From: an uncultured Desulfarculus sp.
Lineage (GTDB): Bacteria; Desulfobacterota; Desulfarculia; Desulfarculales; Desulfarculaceae
Length of the DNA: 64,000 bases
Reading direction: 5' to 3'
Assembly (NCBI GenBank): GCA_963665125.2
Contig: CAXXUK010000001.1
Coordinates: 512,001 to 576,000 of the forward strand
In this document: one piece after another, positions 57,786 through 64,000 of the stretch
How positions within the stretch are numbered: the stretch's first letter is position 1
Layout: every line of letters begins with the position of its first letter
The notes under the pieces: generated by a model
What the model saw: only the letters and a program-made list of their open reading frames with translations
Told to the model about the DNA's origin: nothing
Database searches by the model: none
Program-made: the position numbers and the translations under genes

Positions 57786-58154
57786 CTAATCTTTAGGCGT
57801 CAGGTATTGTGTTTCTTTAATAGTGCCGTTTCTACGCTTATTCACGACCTTCCAACGGTTGTTTTCTTTCTTATAAACGCTGACCCATCCGTGGTCGTCA
57901 ATGCTCACGAAAACGTAGCTACTTATTGCATTTTTGCGCAGGCCATCCAGCAGCATAATTTGCGGCTTACCACCAGTGCCATTAGTGCATTGGTGCTGGG
58001 TGGGGGATATTGTCCAATTATTGAATACACCCCAATCAACATGCAGAGGATGTGTGGTGTTGTTGTAAATGCAACAAGCCTGGATAGCCGTCGCGCTTGA
58101 AAAAATTATCGCCATGGTAAATACAGCCAACCCTGCTAAACCCATTTTGCGCAT
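57786..58154 (-). CDS. CCIYN-family secreted protein, copy 16 (first gene of block 2)
   Basis: MRKMGL...IQA|CCIYN, QCTNGTGG, DDHGW. Confidence 0.85.
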   Translation of the reverse strand: MRKMGLAGLAVFTMAIIFSSATAIQACCIYNNTTHPLHVDWGVFNNWTISPTQHQCTNGTGGKPQIMLLDGLRKNAISSYVFVSIDDHGWVSVYKKENNRWKVVNKRRNGTIKETQYLTPKD

Positions 58155-58372
58155 ACAGCACCTCTGACCTGCTTATGGAAATAACGTAAAGATTGTAGGG
58201 AAATCAGTGTAAAATATATCGGGCTGTGGGTCAATTGAATTGTTTGAATTATGTTGTCATATTGTTAGGATACGGCCCTGATCATAGGCTGTCCAACAGC
58301 GTGCCCACAATGCCCTCCTGCGGAAATCCTAAAACCAGTTAGGGCGGCCACCGAACACGGCAACCGCCCTAA
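58140..58372. repeat. Direct repeat of 52626-52861 (promoter and hairpin unit)
   Basis: Shared block GAATTGTTTGAATTATGTTGTCATATTGTTAGGATACGGCCCTGATCATAGGCTGTCC plus similar flanks. Confidence 0.9.
58206..58234 (-). promoter_or_regulatory. Sigma70 promoter of array block 2
   Basis: - strand TTGACC-N17-TACACT; hexamers identical to the block 1 promoter, spacer different. Confidence 0.7.
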
Positions 58373-58388
58373 AAAATTTGCTGAGTTG

Positions 58389-58466
58389 TGGAGCGGGAGA
58401 CGGGATTCGAACCCGCGACCATTAGCTTGGAAGGCTAACGCTCTGGCCAGGCTGAGCTACTCCCGC
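58389..58466 (-). tRNA. tRNA-Gly(TCC)
   Basis: GCGGGAGTAGCTCAG...CTTCCAA...GGTTCGAATCCC...CTCCCGCTCCA cloverleaf with encoded CCA. Confidence 0.96.
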
Positions 58467-58478
58467 TCAAGCAGCGCG

Positions 58479-58507
58479 ATTATATCACGGCTTTTTCCGT
58501 CCGGCAA
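58479..58507 (-). promoter_or_regulatory. Sigma70 promoter of tRNA-Gly
   Basis: TTGCCG-N17-TATAAT followed by a GC-rich discriminator. Confidence 0.7.
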
Positions 58508-58596
58508 ATGCCCTCACATTGACAGGCAGGTCAGCTTGCTATAGGTTACACTGGGTTTACGCCCATATGGGGCGACAACACTATTTGGAGGACTAA

Positions 58597-59898
<1,302 letters not shown>

Positions 59899-59976
59899 CA
59901 AAAAACAAGCGGTGGCCCTAAAACCACCGCCCGAATAAATCATGACTCCGGTCTCCGCGTTCGTGGGGGCCGGTTT

Positions 59977-61164
59977 TTATTTGTAGCGTTCGAACGCCCG
60001 GCGCAGCTTGTCCGAGGCGCCCTTGTTGCGCCACCACCAGATGCCGCCGGCCGGAATGCCCAGGCCGATGAGGCTAACCACCAGTTTGCTGAATACGCCG
60101 GGGCCGCTGCCGGCGGTTGAAGCCGGAGCGCCTTGCAGGCCGGTCATCAGCCCGCCGATAATCAGGGCCAGCAGGATCAGACCGATCGACGATCCGCCAA
60201 TGATCAGGGCCTGCTTGCGGCTGATTTTGTCCAGGCTGAATTTTGGCAGGCGCATCTTGGCGGCCGCGTTGGCCCTTGACGGCTTTGGTTTGGCCTGGGC
60301 CGGTTTTTTCCTGCGGGCCATGGACGGCCTGGGAGCCGGTTGGTCCTGGCCGGGCAGGGGATGATCCAGAATGATGGGCTCCTGGGGCTGGCCCGTCGGA
60401 CCCATGAACGCAGGTTCCTGGGTGGGCAGGGGTTGGGTGGCCGGTTTACGAGTGTAGCGGCCGCACTCCACCACGATGGCCGAGGCGCAGTCCGCTTCCA
60501 AGCCGCCGCGCTCCATGGCCAGATTGACCATGTCCACGCAGGCCTGGTTCAGGTCTTCGGTCTGCTCCAATGTTTCTGACATCTCGGCGTCGCCCACCCG
60601 GCTGTGCAGGCCGTTGCTGCAAATGACGAATATCTGGCCGTCCCGTACCTGCTCCACGCTCAGGTCTATCTGCATGGCCGGGTCCTTGCCCAACCGCCGG
60701 GTGAGGGCTATGCCCACGGCGTGGTCTTCGGTGAGCTGCTTGAGTCTGCCTTCTTGCAGGCGGTAGGCCCGGCAGTCGCCAACATGGCCCAGCACGGTAA
60801 AATCGTCGGTAAAGACCATGGCCGTCAAAGTGGCGCCCATGGGGGTCTCACCGGCCATTCGCAGCAGCCTGGCGTTGGCCTTTTGCATTGATTCCTTGAG
60901 CAACTCGCTGAGTTCAAGCTCGCTGAAGTTGCGGTCTCGCAGATTGTAAATGCGGGCCACCAAGAGGCTTTTGATCATGCCCGTGGCCGCCTGGGCCGCC
61001 CGTAGGCCGCCGAGGCCCTCGCCCATGCCGTCGGCCACCGCCGCCACGGCGCGCACGTTGCCGCCGCTGAGCACATGGCTGAAGAACAGGTCGTCCTCAT
61101 ATGCCGTGCCCCGGCCCACGCCCGCGTAATAAGCCCCGGTCAGCTTTTTCTGGCCCGAGCCCAT
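59977..61164 (-). CDS. PP2C-like phosphatase with a Pro-rich linker and two C-terminal TMs
   Basis: VADGMG, GATL, HVGDCRAY, LTEDH, ICSNGL. Confidence 0.8.
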   Translation of the reverse strand: MGSGQKKLTGAYYAGVGRGTAYEDDLFFSHVLSGGNVRAVAAVADGMGEGLGGLRAAQAATGMIKSLLVARIYNLRDRNFSELELSELLKESMQKANARLLRMAGETPMGATLTAMVFTDDFTVLGHVGDCRAYRLQEGRLKQLTEDHAVGIALTRRLGKDPAMQIDLSVEQVRDGQIFVICSNGLHSRVGDAEMSETLEQTEDLNQACVDMVNLAMERGGLEADCASAIVVECGRYTRKPATQPLPTQEPAFMGPTGQPQEPIILDHPLPGQDQPAPRPSMARRKKPAQAKPKPSRANAAAKMRLPKFSLDKISRKQALIIGGSSIGLILLALIIGGLMTGLQGAPASTAGSGPGVFSKLVVSLIGLGIPAGGIWWWRNKGASDKLRRAFERYK

Positions 61165-61183
61165 GTCACCCTCCGTAGGATGT

Positions 61184-61990
61184 TCAATGCTTGACATAAA
61201 TCGTCAGTTTCTGACCCACCTGGATGTTGTTGTTGCGCAGGCCGTTCCAGCGTTTGATGGCCGTGATGGTGACGTTGTAGCGCCGAGAGATCAGGCTGAG
61301 AGTCTGGCCGCTGCGCACCGTATGGGTGATTTTTTCAGTGGCGCTGGTTGGGGCCTTGGTTGGTTGGGGCGTGGGTGTGGCCGTTGCCGTTGCCGTGGCC
61401 TTTGGCTCCGGCGTGGTCTGGGCCAGGGCTATAGCCGGTGCGGACGTGGCCCTTGCGGGTGGCAGCGGTTTGTCTTCCTGTCTTTGGGCGGCTTTTGCTT
61501 CGGCGGACTGGGCCTGCGTCAGTCGACGCTGGTCCTGCTCAAGGGCGTCGATTTTGGCTGAAAGGCTTACTACCTTGCGCCGCAGCAGGGAAATCGACGC
61601 CGTATGGCTTTTTTTGTCCGGCGGGCCCAGGGGAGAAACCTCGAACTCCGCGATTCGGTTGGACAGATTGTCAATCTGGGCCTGGATCGGCTGCATATTG
61701 GCCCCGTCGGCCACGACTACGGCGCCGGGGGTGGTCCAAAGGGCCCAAAGGCTGATCACCAGCGCCCCGGCGGCCATCAACAGGGCCACCAGACCCAGGG
61801 GCGGCATGTTGTTTTTGGCGGCGCTTGGGACAGGTTTTGCTTCCGTTTGTTCCTCTGCCGGGTCCATGGACGGTCCGCCGTTGTCTTTTAGTGAGAAATC
61901 GCTACTGCCCAGGCCGGGGCCCTTTGGCCCGGCGGCGGGAGAAATATCATCGAGTCCCAGGCTGCCCGGTGTTTTGTTTTTGTCGTCCAT
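61184..61990 (-). CDS. Membrane-anchored LysM protein
   Basis: TM, coiled coil, Thr/Pro linker, HTVRSGQTLSLISRRYNV...WN...IQVGQKL. Confidence 0.88.
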   Translation of the reverse strand: MDDKNKTPGSLGLDDISPAAGPKGPGLGSSDFSLKDNGGPSMDPAEEQTEAKPVPSAAKNNMPPLGLVALLMAAGALVISLWALWTTPGAVVVADGANMQPIQAQIDNLSNRIAEFEVSPLGPPDKKSHTASISLLRRKVVSLSAKIDALEQDQRRLTQAQSAEAKAAQRQEDKPLPPARATSAPAIALAQTTPEPKATATATATPTPQPTKAPTSATEKITHTVRSGQTLSLISRRYNVTITAIKRWNGLRNNNIQVGQKLTIYVKH

Positions 61991-62055
61991 GCAGTCTCCA
62001 AGTGAACAAAATAGTTTTAAATTTATAACACTTGCTGGTACAGCCAATCAACCTG

Positions 62056-62700
62056 TCACCAGTCGCGCACCGGGCACTTTTCGCACAACGGCTTGCTTTT
62101 TTTGCAATAATGTTTGCCCAGCATCACCAAAAGCGCATGGAACTCATTATATAGACCGGCATCGGCCGAAAGATTTTCCATGAATATCTCCTGCAACTCA
62201 AAATAACTCATGGATTCATCGGCCAGATCGTGGCGGGCCAGAATGCGGAAGGTGTAGGCATCAACAACGAAGATGGGCAAACCCCCGGCGTACAACAGCA
62301 TGCTGTCGGCCGTCTCCGGGCCGATTCCCTTGACGCCCAGTAGCTGCCTCCGGGCCCGGTCCAGGGGCTGGCCGAACAGCGAGTCCAGATCTCCGCCGTG
62401 TTCGGCCTGGACCATGGCTAGCAGGTTGCGCAGACGGGCCGCCTTGATATTGTAATATCCCGAGGGACGGATAAGCTCAGCCAACCTGGCTTGATCCATA
62501 TCCAGCATGGCCCGGACGCTCAGGCTGCCCGCTTGTTTGAGGTTGGCTATGGCCTTTTCCACGTTGGTCCAGTTGGTGTTTTGGGTCAGCACCGCACCGA
62601 CCATGACCTCAAGCGGCGTCTCGCCGGGCCACCAATTCTGGGGCCCGAAATGTCCGTGCAGCAGTTTGAAAAGCTGTTGTAACCTGTCGCCGGTGTTCAT
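62056..62700 (-). CDS. Endonuclease III-domain (HhH-GPD) protein
   Basis: WWPG, GAVLTQNT, SGYYNIKA, GIGPETAD, VVDAY, C-terminal Cys cluster. Confidence 0.88.
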   Translation of the reverse strand: MNTGDRLQQLFKLLHGHFGPQNWWPGETPLEVMVGAVLTQNTNWTNVEKAIANLKQAGSLSVRAMLDMDQARLAELIRPSGYYNIKAARLRNLLAMVQAEHGGDLDSLFGQPLDRARRQLLGVKGIGPETADSMLLYAGGLPIFVVDAYTFRILARHDLADESMSYFELQEIFMENLSADAGLYNEFHALLVMLGKHYCKKSKPLCEKCPVRDW

Positions 62701-62866
62701 TTCTCCTCCCGTTGCCATACCGGGCAAGTTAGCATGGCCCAGGCCGCCGCGCCAGCAAAGTCGCCTTGACATTAAACCATGGAGACGTATACATATCGTT
62801 GATCTTATGGCCTGGTAACGGTAAATTTGCCCATTGCTCCCCAACCAAGACGGAAAGGCCCCGAAA

Positions 62867-64000
<1,134 letters not shown>

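Noticed and set aside
50985..58154. Array as an integron cassette array
   Set aside because: Spacers are short and lack a recurring attC-type palindrome (RYYYAAC...GTTRRRY); all genes are paralogs; there is no IntI in the window. The integrase remnant at 48091 looks like a phage-type tail.
50985..58154. Array as a diversity-generating retroelement target or CRISPR
   Set aside because: No reverse transcriptase or cas genes. The differences include indels and all base types rather than adenine-only changes, and the repeats are coding.
50985..58154. Array as RiPP/bacteriocin precursors
   Set aside because: Sec-type signal peptides and ~95-aa folded-looking domains; no modification enzymes, peptidase-ABC exporter or double-glycine leaders nearby.
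47140..58466. attL/attR duplication of the tRNA-Gly 3' end
   Set aside because: I found no second copy of the tRNA 3' sequence (TGGAGCGGGAGA on +) in the window by eye.

Overview
GC-rich chromosomal window whose gene content (ppdK, pyk, pta-ackA, hom-apgM, folD-fchA, CCG/FAD oxidoreductases, hemerythrin, purA, an EF-G paralog) suggests an anaerobic Desulfobacterota / deltaproteobacterial sulfate reducer; this taxonomic call is inference. Most of 0.9-47 kb and 58.6-64 kb is housekeeping or metabolic. The accessory region 47.2-58.4 kb, directly downstream of tRNA-Gly(TCC), is the highlight. (i) It holds a tandem array of 16 paralogous ~120-aa secreted proteins (15 intact, 1 frameshifted) sharing a signal peptide-A|CCIYN...C...DDHGW...W scaffold with three variable segments. 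The array forms two blocks, each with its own copy of a sigma70 promoter, and the copies show mosaic recombination. (ii) A nested IS481 structure bounded by a 7-bp target duplication carries a tyrosine-recombinase remnant, an AT-rich passenger gene and a second intact IS481. (iii) A secreted 16-Cys protein has mirror-symmetric cysteine spacing. Other observations: a structured panB leader, several enzymes with altered catalytic motifs, an unannotated 30-aa membrane ORF, a multi-hairpin intergenic element and candidate operators. All calls are by eye from motifs; no database searches were run.
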